Origin: Eledone cirrhosa
Lineage: Eukaryota
Direction: 5' to 3'
Assembly: GCA_964016885.1 (NCBI GenBank)
Contig: OZ024745.1
Location: 57,970,001-58,034,000, forward strand
Length of the DNA: 64,000 nucleotides
Both the position numbers and the translations under genes were made by a program. The notes beneath the pieces are model-generated. The model did not search any database. It had not been told where the DNA came from and saw only the letters and a list, made by a program, of their open reading frames with translations. Of this stretch, positions 25,834 to 39,096 are shown piece by piece; position 1 is the stretch's first letter, and the number at the start of each line of letters is the position of its first letter.

Positions 25834-26069
25834 ACTATAATCTAGCTGTCGTCTGTTCTAGAGTGTGGATGTAATTCACTTCGCGCAGAAGCTTTGTTCA
25901 AATTTATTGCGGAAATTTTGTGAGTTCAAATTTAATTTTGATACAATTGTGTAGCTTGACACCCGTCTGAACTGTCAGGCGGTGGGTCAGCTCATCTTTA
26001 CCCCTCCTAGAGGTGAAAAACCTGTTTTAAAAAATTTTGTGGCAAAAAAATTTCAATCGTCTAACAGAA

Positions 26070-27976
26070 ATGTTAAACGCAGCGAACGAAAATAGTGGTG
26101 GGGGGACAGCGGTAAGAGTTGTAAGCTCGCACGCTTTAGTCCCCCCTTCCTTCCCAACTAACGTCATAGAGAAGGAAGGAAAAATTAAAATAAAAACAGA
26201 CGAATCTGCGGAGAAAAAAAATGACGAAAACACAAATCTGGACATGGATTCCAACAACGAGAAAAAAAAATTTGAAAAATTGCATGACAATACTAATAAC
26301 ACAAACAAAGACACAACAAACACAAAAATAACATTTGAAAATAACACCATAACAGAAAGCAAAGCAGACGACAAGATTTCATTTGCACAGAAAACAAAGA
26401 AATCTTTGACTTATATACCGGAAAATATTTCAGATGTGGCACGAAGAATCACAGACGCCAAACAATACATAAGTGAAGGAGAGAATGGTATTTTATCGGT
26501 AAAAATGCCTCAAGAATTCACCAAAGACATTGAAAGCCGAACGGTCAAGTTTCGGACCATCAACAACAGTACAAAAAAACCTGAACAGCCTTCTCAAGCA
26601 GATATCAAAACAGTACTCACAGAAGTATTTAATGAAACCACTTTCATAAGAAAAGACAGACTGTATGGAAGCCTAGCAACTATCATGAAGAACGAATCGG
26701 CGGCAAAAAAATGTGCTTTGTCACCGATTCGTTCGAAAAATTTTACCTTTTATCCATCTAAATATGGGTAAAAGAACTCAACGCATATGGCTGGATGCAA
26801 TGATGCCAGATGTGGACTACTGCTGGCTCATAGCTGGCTTCATCGATCCAGTGAATGACAACGTGATTTCCATTGGGAAAACCACAGGCAATGCGTTCAG
26901 TGGAACAGGTATAGAGCTGGTAGTGCAAATGAAGCCTGAACGCATCGCCCAAATACCCGACAGAATCCTATTAGAGGACCACGGGTATATAAAGCGTGTA
27001 TATATTAGCGTGGAGGGGAGAAGGCCGTCCTGCCATATCTGTGCAGGCAGAGGGCACCTGAAGGCCGCTTGTCCCCAACTCAACAAAAAGAAAACCCTGC
27101 TACCAACACCAGCTCCACCACCACCACCACAACATAAACAAACAACAAAACTCAGTCCCACCCAACCCGTCCCTCAGTAAAACCACACCACCACCACAAC
27201 AAAAACAGTCACAACACATTACCCCAAAACAAAATACAGGCCCACCCAACCTCTCACTCAATAAAACAACACAACAACCGCAGACACAACACACAACACA
27301 GTCTAACATAGTGACATCCATCTCCCCCACAAAGAAAACCAACACGGAAACATTACCAGCAAACATACCTCTTCCCTCCAACAATGAAGATGACCCAACG
27401 AATTCGGAGGAAGAAACGGAGTCCTTCAGACAGATTAAAAGGAAAAGAAGAAAACATGTGCAAAACACACAAGGCCAAACAACCCCCACCCAAATCTCAA
27501 CACAATCCAACAAAACAGAAAACACCCCTCCAGCAACAAACAAAACCAAACCTGCCCCTCCCCTCTTCGAAACACTCACACCATCCGAAAAAAAGACATT
27601 ACACTATACTTACATAAATAGAAACAATAATAAATTAAATGAACTCATATACAATAATCCTTCGGTACAAACCGAAGGTGTAAACTTTGTTTCTTCAGAA
27701 AACTACCCACATTTAAAATTAATAAAGATCCCAATGAACCTCTACCAAAAACTAAAAAAGGATTTTAAGGAGGACGTAGGACCACCCTCTGTCAAACCCA
27801 TAAACCGCGTCCTACTAAAAAGCTTTCCCCCTCCCCTTCCCCTCCCCAACACAACTCCAAACACCCCAACCCCACCACACACTGACGACCCCACACCACC
27901 ACAAGACACCCCTTCACCCAACATACCCGACCCCATGGAAGTCGTGCAACCCGAACCCCGGGAAGCGGAAAGGTAG
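26070..27976 (+). pseudogene. A2 ORF1, frameshifted
   Basis: Three ORF pieces colinear with A1 ORF1. Confidence 0.88.
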
Positions 27977-28009
27977 GTCTCTACACTCTCCTTTGTCACT
28001 GCCGCCCAC

Positions 28010-30877
28010 ATGGATGTGTTAAGAGTAGGATGTTTGTATGCACGTGGCCTGGGCTCAACTTGGAAGCAAGCAAAGCTTCTAAATGACCTCAGGTCATGTA
28101 GTATAAATGTAATGGTTATCTGTGAGACTCGAATCAGCGGCGTGCGGCAGCTAGCCCCCACCTTCGATGACTTTGAGGTGCATGCATCTCTCTGTCAACC
28201 TGGAGGTGGAGGTGGGGTTGTCTTACTGCTGCAAAAACACCTGGGTCTTGCCGTACAGGTTGTGCACTCGGACCCGGAGGGACGTTTGTTGGTGCTAGAC
28301 GTTGGCAGTAGTGAAAGTGCGGCCTTGAGACTGGTCGCCGTCTACACCCCTTTCGGAGCTAAACGGCCCGACTCCTTCCAGAGTTTGGAGACTTTTCTGG
28401 GAACGTCGCGTTCCCTGCTTCTAGCGGGGGATTGGAATGACATCCTAGATGCACGTTGGGACTATGCAGGAGCATGTCCTAATAGAGGGGGGTGTAACAG
28501 CCTCAAGGGGTTACTCGACCGTTTTAACTTGGTCGATAGATATCGACTAGATTTTCCAACTGTGCCTACCTGGACTTGGAGAAACCACAGTGGTCAATCT
28601 AGATCGTACTTAGATAGATTCTTAGTTAGAAGTAAGGATAGGGACATATTTAGCTGTCCAGAAATGCGCACGGTTGGCTACACGGTCCACAAATTAGTGA
28701 CCTGCGTAGTCAATCTCGAGAAAACACATAAACAGGGTCCCGGTTACTGGAAACTTAATTTGTCTTTACCGGCAAAAGAGACTTACAGAAAACGGATTAG
28801 CAGATTAGTTAAGGAGAGGTTGACGGTATACCTTACGAACTTTATTTAGCAATGCCGGTCTTCTTCTCCGAACTCCTCGAAGCGGTCTGCTGTAATTGGC
28901 AGCAGAACGGGAGAATTCCTTGTTCTGTAGCCAAGGGCGTAGTCACGCTGGTGAGGAAGGACGAGAACAAGGGGGATAGTATAAATAATTTTCGGCCCAT
29001 AACCCTGCTAAACACAGAGTTAAAGATTTTGGCCAAGGTGTTAGCAAAGAGGTTGGCGCTTGTCGTGGGTGGCCTGGTGGGAGATGCGCAGACATGTGCT
29101 ATCCCATCCAGGTCCATTCACGATAACCTCCACCTCATGCGATACATCATAGAGAGGGTTGGCAACAAACCCGGCTTCGGTGGGGCCCTGATCAACTTGG
29201 ATCAGTCTAAGGCCTTCGATAGGGTCGACCATGGTTACCTGGATGCGGTGCTAGCGGCGGCTGGGTTCGGTCCTGTTTTCAGAGGCTGGATCACTGCCTT
29301 ACATAGCAACCACATCTGTTCTAGGATCAAGGTGAACGGCTACCCTTCGAAGCCGTTCGAAATCACACGATCCATTCGACAGGGGTGCCCTCTCTCCTCC
29401 CTTCTGTACGTATTGACTCTCGAGCCTTTACTGAGGAAGTTGGAGTTGTTGCAGGGTATCCCCCTGGAACCAGGATTGAGCAAAGCGGTGTCGGCCTACG
29501 CCGATGACGTAACAGTAATGGTATCGACCGACTCGGAGATCGAGGCGATCGGTACCTTACTGGAGGAGTACGAAAGGTTGTCAGGACGAAACTGAACCGG
29601 GAAAAATCCATCGCGCTGCAACTCGGAACGTGGAGAGGCAGACCGATGCCTCCTCACGGTGTCGTCGGACACTGGACGGAGGGCCCGGTAAAGTTGCTTG
29701 GGTCTGGTTTGGACCGGACCTCCAGGTGGAAAAGAACTGGAACGAGGTTACGAACAAGGTATTTGCACTAACCCAGAAATGGGCCAAGTGTAAGCTGTCC
29801 CTAAAAGACCGGGTGGAGGTGGCGAACATTTACATAGCGTCCGTCACTTACTACCGCCTGACTGTCGTGCCTTGCCCTAAGGAAACACTCACCACCATGG
29901 AACGCATGCTCTTCCAATTTCCTTGGAAGAAGCGCCCTCCTATGGTGAGAAGATCCATCTGCTGCCAACAACCTTCGAAAGGAGGGCTGGGGATGCCGTG
30001 GTTGATGATGCGTAGGCACGCATTAAGGCTACGGCACCTACAGGTATTCCTCACTGGTCAACCGGTGTGGGCTCCGTTCGTGAAACGAGCCTTTCCGAGA
30101 CTCGTCTCGCTCACCGAGCTACACTCCTGGGTCAAGCAAAGATCCGGAAAACTGGGAGACTGGCACAATGAGTGTGCTCAGGCGCTCAGGGCTCTCTGGC
30201 AAGCGGGCCAGGCCATCGGTGGAGAATCCACCTCATCATTCTATAGAGGGCTGGTGGCTAGCAGGGGCGATGACACCCTTGGAGAGTCGCTGGACATGGA
30301 AGAAGACGAACTGGCCAGCCTGTTCGGTAGGACTTTCGGCCCAGGACCAATGGACAACTTCCAGAAGTCACTGGCCTGGCAGTGCTACCGGGGGGCTCTA
30401 CCCGTTCGAGAGAGGCTCTACAGACACGGGCGCCCGGGCAGGGATCCCTCAAAAAAGATTTGCCCTAGATGCGTGCGTCACGAAGAAACCGTTGCGCACG
30501 CATTGGTGCAATGTCCGGGCGTGGCTGATCTGTGGGGCTACGCCGAACGACTGCTGTTGCGGGTGGCGCCGATTAAATTGACCGCCGAGTCCGTGATGAC
30601 AATCAAACCGCCTCCCCTCTTCACAAAGGAAGCAAAGGCGGTTTTTCTGTGCGTAATAGCCATGTTGAAAGAGGTTGTTTGGTGGACACGATTGAAAGGT
30701 CTGAGGTCAGGCAACTTCCTCTCTGGCCATAGTCTGGTCTACTTCTTCCGATATCACTTCGGAAGAAGGATAAGAATGGAGAGAGAGGTGCTTGGCCACA
30801 GGCAGTTTTATGAAAGGTGGGTGATAGTGGCGAGAATGGCTCATGTAAATGAGCCTTCTCTGTATACCATCCTGTAG
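28010..30877 (+). pseudogene. A2 ORF2, deleted and frameshifted
   Basis: 279-, 247- and 415-aa pieces match A1 ORF2. Confidence 0.92.
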
Positions 30878-31110
30878 GTAAAGAAGTAAAGGAGAGGGGA
30901 GCACCTTCTCCATGTGCTCCCCGGGCAAAGGATTGCACACTTTTTCGGGGGTGTGTACAACCCCCATCACGTCCTCTCCCTTTTGAGGTTATTTTCGATT
31001 ATTTTCATGTCACACCCTTTTTACTCGATTATATGTAAACTCCCCCTTTGTATTTGTCCCTTCTTTTTATGCCTTTATGGTAAATAAAGAAATATATCTA
31101 TCTATCTATA

Positions 31111-31306
31111 CTATTTGTGATAGTATTTCATACGTTTTTATTGTATGTAAACTTCCCCCTTTGTATTAGTCCCCTTCTTTTGTGCCCCTGTGGCTAATAA
31201 AGAAACATATCTATCTATCTATCTATCTAACGCCCCTGTGCCAAATAAAGAAAGATATCTATCTAACGCCCCTGTGCCAAATAAAGAAAGATATCTATCT
31301 ATCTAT
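31111..31306 (+). mobile_element. Three ultra-short 3'-end stubs of the same element group, each followed by TATC repeats
   Basis: 31111-31205 ends TGTGCCCCTGTGGCTAATAAAGAAA; 31230-31253 and 31266-31289 are ACGCCCCTGTGCCAAATAAAGAAA. Confidence 0.85.
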
Positions 31307-33205
31307 GCTTATTCTCTTTGCTCTCTTTACTATACTGGCCCTCCTTACTCTTTTTGCTCACCTTGATCTCCTTGCTCTCTATTCTCTCCTTGTTCACTGC
31401 CACTCTTACTCTTTTTTTACTATACTAGCTCTCCTTACTCTTCTTGCACACCTTGTTCTCCTTGCTCTCTATGCTCTCTTTGCCCACTGCCACTCTTACT
31501 CTTTTTACTTCCCTTGCTCTGCTTGCTCTCAGCCATCATGCTCTTTTTGTTCTAATTATTACCTATTCTCTCCTTGCTCTTCTCTCACCTTTCTTCCATT
31601 AATCTAAATGCAGTTCATGCTTTCCCTGTTCTCTGTGCCCACCTCAAGCTCTTGGGCACTTTTTCACTTTTCCTCTCCTTCCTCAAACTCTCCCTCTCCT
31701 CCCGATCCTCAACTTCTGCTTCCACGTTTCCTGCGCTACTTGCCCCCACTTCCCCACTTCCTACCTTATTCCATTCATCTCTTACCAACCTCTCTTCGTC
31801 TTTTCACCATTTTAACCCTCGATTCAACTTTTCCCTTCTTGCCTTCTTCTTCCTCTCTTGCCTACTCTTTTTTGTCTTTTCTTTTCCTTCTTTCCCATAT
31901 TTTCTCCTATTACCCCATCTTTCCCCCTCTTTCCTCTTTTCCTTTATATCCCATGTTTCTTATTTTTTGTTTGTGTTTGCGTATCTTTGTATATGTGTGT
32001 GGTTCGGTTTCTGTATTGCCAACAGTGGTGTGCGTCCGTGAGTGTTTGTGTGTGTGTGTGTATATATATATATACGAGGGAAGCTACCAGGCATAGTCAT
32101 GTCTCCAGCATAGAAACTGCGGATATATTCGATTGATAGCTGACCAACAGTAAAATCCCTTCTTTTTTGTTTTATTTGTTTCCCTTTATCCGCACACGTT
32201 TATAAATGATGTTATGCAACTTCTTCCACCCATATGATGAATTTGTTTTTATTACTGACAGAAATTCTCTATTCTTCCATTATTTCTCACTATAATCCTC
32301 GCAATCCATACTTCCATTTGTGGTTAAATCTTCTTCCTACTTCGCCATTTCCTGTTCCATTAATATCTTATTTTCTAGCGATTGCCATCTTCATTCTATA
32401 TCTTTGTTTTTTCCTGATTCGGGATATTGGATATGAAATTTGTATTTATGGAATATTCTGAGAAAGATTCTTGATCGCTGTGCCAAATTACATGATGATT
32501 CAATGTGCAATAGAGACGTTATTACAAGAAACACACAGACACGCGCGAACACCCACACAACACATACATACGTACATGATTATGGCTGCAACTCGATTTA
32601 GAGTAATGCCATCGCTTGATACATAAGCATGAGTATTACGGACGTAGCTAGGGACTTGCTTATGGCCAGCAATGTCAGCATTGCAACAAATATCATATAT
32701 CAAGTGATGCCTGTGCTTAAAGCATTTTTAAGTGAGTAAAGGCTTTACACGAGTCCAGTCTGACTTTCTGAACATTGAATGCATTTCCGTAATAAGTAGA
32801 ACTGGTAAACATCATTGGATGCAAACGAAGTCATGGGTTTTATGTCAAAATGACCTTCTCCTAGAGAGATGGATTAATGAAGACTAGGAGCCTCTCGCTC
32901 CACAAAGGAAAAACAATCTATTGGATGGTCCTTGACTCTCTAGAGTTCCTCCGCCTTTTGACGGGCTTTGTTTTTAATCCCACAGGGTATCCAAAATGAC
33001 CTTCCTCAACAATCAAGCTTGGTGGGTTGCCGGTTTAGTGGTCGATGACCCGATCATGGACAGGTTGTACTAGGTTACATGTTACCCGTAACGTTGCAGA
33101 GCGTTGAAAGAAAACATACATACATATATACACATATATGTGTATATGCGTATATATATATATATGACAGTTGAAAATTGCAAACTTGACTGTCACCACA
33201 CATTA

Positions 33206-33244
33206 TGAACCTGAAGATTGCGAAAGCATGAAAGTACTTGTTCA
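33206..33244 (+). ncRNA. Minimal type I hammerhead ribozyme motif
   Basis: TGAAC-CTGAAGA-tTGC(GAAA)GCAt-GAAA-GTAC-TT-GTTCA. Confidence 0.7.
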
Positions 33245-33400
33245 ATTAACACTTAACATTTAATATTCTATCATACTATTTCATTATAATACCATTATAA
33301 ATTTTAAAGGATTGTAAATAAAACGAGTAAATCAGACACAGTTGGAATTCCTCTTATTAATATAATCTTCTATACACAATCATACACACCCGTGTATATT

Positions 33401-33461
<61 letters not shown>

Positions 33462-33866
33462 AGATGGCGTAGGACAGAACAAAGGAGAGGCACAAAACAA
33501 AGAAAAGAATACCCAGTCACTGAAGAGGTCTCAGAATGTGTGACGAACGAACTTTGAGAATATATGAAATATATGAACAACAGTCCGGTTGTGGAACCAA
33601 CCAACCAACCGGAAATTTATTAATTTTTTTAATTTTTTTTAATTTATAATTTAATTTATAATAAATTGGAGTGAAAGCAAGTGGTGCGTGTGTTTCTTAT
33701 TGGCAACATGACGCTCCCAAAGTATAACAATATCGGTTTCAACACACGTTTTCAAATAAAGAATCTTGCTAAACAAATTCAGAAACGATATATATATATA
33801 TGTGTGTGTCTGTGTGTCTTCGTATATACGCATATATGAATGTTTGTATGTATATATTAGATAATG

Positions 33867-34375
<509 letters not shown>

Positions 34376-34556
34376 ATATATATATATATATATAGTGACG
34401 AAACATAAGTCAATTGCATGAACTCATAATCCTTTATTTACTGCTATATATATTTCGATGATAGCCATTGAATGTCTATGACCTCATCAGGCAGATAGTC
34501 AGTTCTTAGATATGCCAGCTCTGTGTGTATAGTGTTGATGGTATCAGAGCCTTGGG

Positions 34557-34672
<116 letters not shown>

Positions 34673-35986
34673 ATGTGTTTGTGAGCAAATTGTGGTGTGA
34701 GTGGTTACGAGCTTGTGTGTGTTTGTCTATCGTTGGCTGATGTGTATTAGTGAAAGTTGTTCTGGTTGGATAGATTATCGATAAATAAATGAGTGTGTAA
34801 AATCTATTTTGTATCTATGTATGTCTAATAGCACAGCTAGTGGCCATAGGAAAATAAGTGATTGCATCATTGCAAACCTTTAACCAACGATGATGTTTTT
34901 CGCACGTCATAGATATATAAGTATAAATGCTGACCACCTCCAAATTTCAGTTTTTCCATTGGAAAACACAATATTACATATATTTTGTTTACGATTGATG
35001 AAGTCAATTTTAGAACCATTTATTTGTTTCCTCATTTTAAATGTATTTTTATTGTATTCACTATTTCTATAAACTTGGCACTCATATTAAACAAAATAAA
35101 TAAATGATAACCAGTCTTCTCTAATTCCATCATGTGAAATTTGAAAATTAATGAGGTTGCCATTAATAGATATATTTGTTTTGCCATGTTTTACTAGAAT
35201 TCATCATGTAATGGCTGGAAAGCATGTTTGTATTTTACAATATATCACATCAAATTAAAAAAATTAATTAGAAACCTTAACACAATATATTTAAATTCTA
35301 GAAACCAAAAAAACATTTTATTTACTTTTCCCTTTCTCATATTTAATTTATGAAACTAATGATTCCTATTTTGAATTATTTCCTGATGCGCAAAATTTCC
35401 TGATGAGAATAATTTCCTGGTTTGTATAATTTCTTAATCACTCAAATCTTTTCAATAAAATTCAATATTCTATTAGGCTCCTTTGGAAGCTGAAAATAAT
35501 CCTTCAATGAGTTGCTCTTGTGTGGTTTCTACACATTGAGTTGAAGGTTAATTATAAAAAGGATCTTAAAAACAAAACAGATATGAAAGCAATATCAATT
35601 CTGTTCTTCTCGACTCTGCTTTGATCTCAGGCTTAAGTTCAGTACAAGTCAATATTATAAAATAATCTTTCACACTACCTTTGTTCTAAAGAATCTGGTT
35701 TAGCACCAAACATCGTTTGTGCTTAAATTATTTCAAAGCGCAAGACTTTTATGATAAATTATAAAGCGTATGATCAAACGTCTTTGCATATTAGGTTCCG
35801 TTCTTCGTAGCTGATATTTCATATCCTACCAAGTTCTATATGGTTTTTAGCTGTTGAAGAGAATATAAGTATAAATATAAATAATTTTCGTGAATACGGA
35901 AGCAATGTAATTACGAGTTGGGTCGGTTATATTTCCTTTTTCAGCATATGCAAAAGAGTAAAATTTACTGATTTCTTTTGGACAGC

Positions 35987-36273
35987 GATCTTGTTGGAGG
36001 TCTGATTAGATGAGAACACGAAAAACCTTAATCATTATCAATTTTATTTAGTGTTATTAGCTGTCAACATACAAACAAACATTCTTTTTATAAGGATATA
36101 GATATAGAGAGATAACGGATGAACATACAGCATCTCCGTGCTAGAAAGAGCTGTTAAATCTGCAGCAAATCACTCCATTTCGAGAAATAAGTCGACGATG
36201 ATCTTGTTGGAGGTCTGATTAGATGAGAACACGAAAAGCCTTATTAATTATCAATTTTATTTAGTGTTATTAG
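35987..36273. repeat. ~75-bp direct duplication
   Basis: GATCTTGTTGGAGGTCTGATTAGATGAGAACACGAAAA...GTGTTATTAGC at ~35987 and ~36200. Confidence 0.85.
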
Positions 36274-36891
36274 CGGTAATATAAACTAAATGTACAAATG
36301 ATTTTTTCGATATAAAACATGAAAGTTGAAAGTGTAAATCGGGTGGATTTTGAAATAAGATTGTAGACAGACAAATACTATACTGGATTACGCATTTATG
36401 TTCCAAAATTGATGCCGAGTGAATAACTCTATAAGTTTTAATTCTATATTAAACTTGCAAAGAAATCGCTTGAGAACATCAAATGTGCTGCTGACCTCCA
36501 CATTAATAAGACTAAGACATCTTGGTACGATTGACCAAATACCCTAAATTCCTACAGACTGACACGTACTCTATCGATTTTCTCGCGGAAAATGCAAAAA
36601 CTGGAAATTCCTTCTGACAGCAGATGAACCTATTTCTGTTAAGATTACAGTCTGGTGCACAACAACTGAACCATAAAAGTTGTGTAACTATGAAACGTAA
36701 AAGTTGTTTTAGGTTGATTACACAAATTTATTGATGCTGCTACTTATGATGATTATGATAATGGAAATGATAACAATGTCTTGCCTATTTGCTACTGTAA
36801 AAGACTGATAAAAAATATTGTATTATCAAGAAACATTCGGAAGAAGGATATATGTACGCACCCATATTCCTACACACATCGGTATATATAA

Positions 36892-36946
36892 ACTGCCTGA
36901 AGAGGTCACAGCCAAAGATGGCTGTCACTGAAATATATGTAGCAGT
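36892..36946 (+). ncRNA. Minimal type I hammerhead ribozyme motif
   Basis: ACTGC-CTGAAGA-GGTCACAGCCA(AAGA)TGGCTGTCACT-GAAA-TATATG-TA-GCAGT, then AATAAA. Confidence 0.72.
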
Positions 36947-37138
36947 AATAAACGAAGCTAAATTTTAATCATTTGACTTTTATTTAACTTTATTTTACAC
37001 TACTCCGGAGTAACCAAACCAACCTGCGCACTTCGTCGAGTGCTCCAGCCTGCATACTGAGGTGTTGGTATACAACCAACATAAACTCAAAATCTATATA
37101 TATATATATATATGTTATGCGTATGTGTGTGTGTGTGT

Positions 37139-37282
37139 AATACATAGCAGAGTATAAATATTTAATATAGAAATGGCTTCTACAGGACTAGAACTGTTCC
37201 ATTCGAAGGAAACCACCAGGAATGTTTTCCCGATGAATTCCTTTGAATGAAACAGTTCTAGTCCTGTAGAATCCATTTTTAT
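37139..37282. repeat. Short inverted-repeat element; another arm copy at ~45778-45845
   Basis: AAATGGCTTCTACAGGACTAGAACTGTT is mirrored by AACAGTTCTAGTCCTGTAGAATCCATTT. Confidence 0.75.
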
Positions 37283-37284
37283 TA

Positions 37285-38916
37285 TCTATATATATATATA
37301 AAACTGAAGATGTCTGTCTGTGTGTATGTGAGTTTGAATCCCTAAAACTCGAGAAGCACCCAGCCGACTGTTTTCAAACTTTACGCATGTATTACTTATG
37401 TTTCAGGGAGTGTTCTGAGCAAATAAAATTCAAATTACCAATGCCCCAGGGACCGCATAGGGCGATTTAGCGATCTCGTTCTATAATTCTTAGTCTTTCT
37501 CTTTTTAGATAGATACATACATATAACGTCGTGCCCTTATAATATCTGTCTGTATCTCTGACAGTCTGCATTACGTCACTTCCCACAATCCCCTCTCCGT
37601 CCAGAAAGCGCCCTTATAATATCTGTCTGTATGTCTAGCTGTCTGCTGCCTCCGGTTATTCTGCCACTCTTGCTCAAGACAAATCTCACACTCATTCCCC
37701 AAACAGTTGGTAAGTGCACACAAACGTTTTAAGCCACAGTGTTGCTTACTTACATACCACCAGACCCTTACTTATTTGCCAGCCGTGGTTGTGGCAATAC
37801 TAAGCTTAGCTAAGGCGGTTATATATTTCACACAACACTAAAAATGAAAGCCGGTAACTATGAATTAGTCAGTCTCTTCTTCATACCGTGAGCAAAGCAA
37901 ATCCAACTTTTAGTGGAGCGAGTGAAATAAAGTCGACCCTGCTGCGATTCAAAAATCAGGTTTGCAGGTTATATATTTCACACAACACTAAAAATTAAAG
38001 CTGGTAAAGAAAAACATCGCTGTAGTAGCTTCAGTTTGCTTACTTACGTGCTTTTACGAGAACAACAGTTACTATTTTACCGCTTAGTATTGTAGAGAAG
38101 CACCAAACCGACTGTTTTCAAACTTTACACATGTAATACTTATGTTTCAGGGAGTGTTCTGAGCAAAAGAAATTTCAAATTTTCAATGCCCTAGGGACTG
38201 GATTAGGCGATTTAGCGATCTCTCTCTATAATTCTTAGTCTTTCTCTTTTTAGATAGATACATACATATAACGTTACGTCACTTCCCTGAGGATGTGTGT
38301 GTGTGTGTGTGTGTTTCTGTGAGTTTGACTCCCTAAAACTCGAGAAGTACCCAACCGAATTTTTTCAAACTTTACATGTGTATTACTGATGTTTCAGGGA
38401 GTGTTATGCACATAAACAATTCAACTTTTTGATCTCCTAGGGCCCGCATTAGGTGAAAAACTGCGTTTTTAAAGATTGTTAGGGTTTTTTTCAGGCGTTA
38501 CGTCAGACCGATTTCCTTGAAATTGTAACTATGTATTAGTCAGTCTCTTCTTCATACCGTAAGCAAAGAAAATCCAACTTTCTTATGGCCTAGGGCCTCT
38601 ATTAGGGGAAAAACTTCATGTTTAGGCTTCTTAGGGCTTTTTGGAGGCGTTACGTCTAGCCGATTTTGCCGAAATTTAAAGGCATATTATGCACATAAAA
38701 GAAATTCATTTTCTTGATCCCCTAGGGCCCGCATTAGGTGAAAACCTGCATTTTTCCTGCTTCATCGGGGAAAATCTTAAAGATTATCCAGCCATCAGAG
38801 TATTCGGTTTATTTTCTTTACATATTGTCCAGGCATGCAGTGTTTCCACGATTAAGTCTGTTGGCGGCCCGCGTTCCAAAATACCTTATCCCGTGCAATG
38901 CCGTGTATAACTGCTA

Positions 38917-38917
<1 letters not shown>
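37285..38917 (+). mobile_element. Non-autonomous Helitron with internal repeats
   Basis: A|TC 5' end (TCTATATATA...AAACTGAAGATGTCTGTCTG); 3' CCCGTGCAATGCCGTG subterminal hairpin remnant then CTAG|T; internal blocks repeat at ~37325, ~38095 and ~38320. Confidence 0.78.
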
Positions 38918-38954
<37 letters not shown>

Positions 38955-39096
38955 TCAGGTTTGAGGTTCTCCACTGTATAGAGCTGGTCTATTCCGTATG
39001 GTCAATCGCAATGTAATAATATAGAGAGTACTCAACGTAAGGCAGTTCAACCGTCTTTGTTTTTGTAGTTGGTGGTGCTATTACGGAGTTAGATAT

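Larger units (their letters stand above)
25839..31092 (+). mobile_element. Family A copy 2 with a 568-bp ORF2 deletion
   Basis: Near-identical to 8643-14463; the junction at 28826/28827 skips A1 11628-12195. Confidence 0.95.

Noticed and set aside
9530-30970. Many antisense and alternate-frame ORFs inside the elements, recurring between copies
   Set aside because: Shadows of GC-rich or low-complexity coding sequence; recurrence reflects copy similarity only
8643-31092. A1 and A2 as LTRs or direct repeats of one large composite element
   Set aside because: Each is a complete LINE with its own ends and lesions; no TG..CA, PBS, integrase or unique TSD
31307-32000. Hydrophobic Leu/Phe/Ser-rich ORFs resembling membrane proteins
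   Set aside because: Produced by a degenerate pyrimidine-rich low-complexity tract
33514-33560. Additional hammerhead candidates (also ~37230-37262 and ~44655-44690)
   Set aside because: Core substitutions (GAAC, CCGATGA, GAAT) and weak stem I; at most decayed relics
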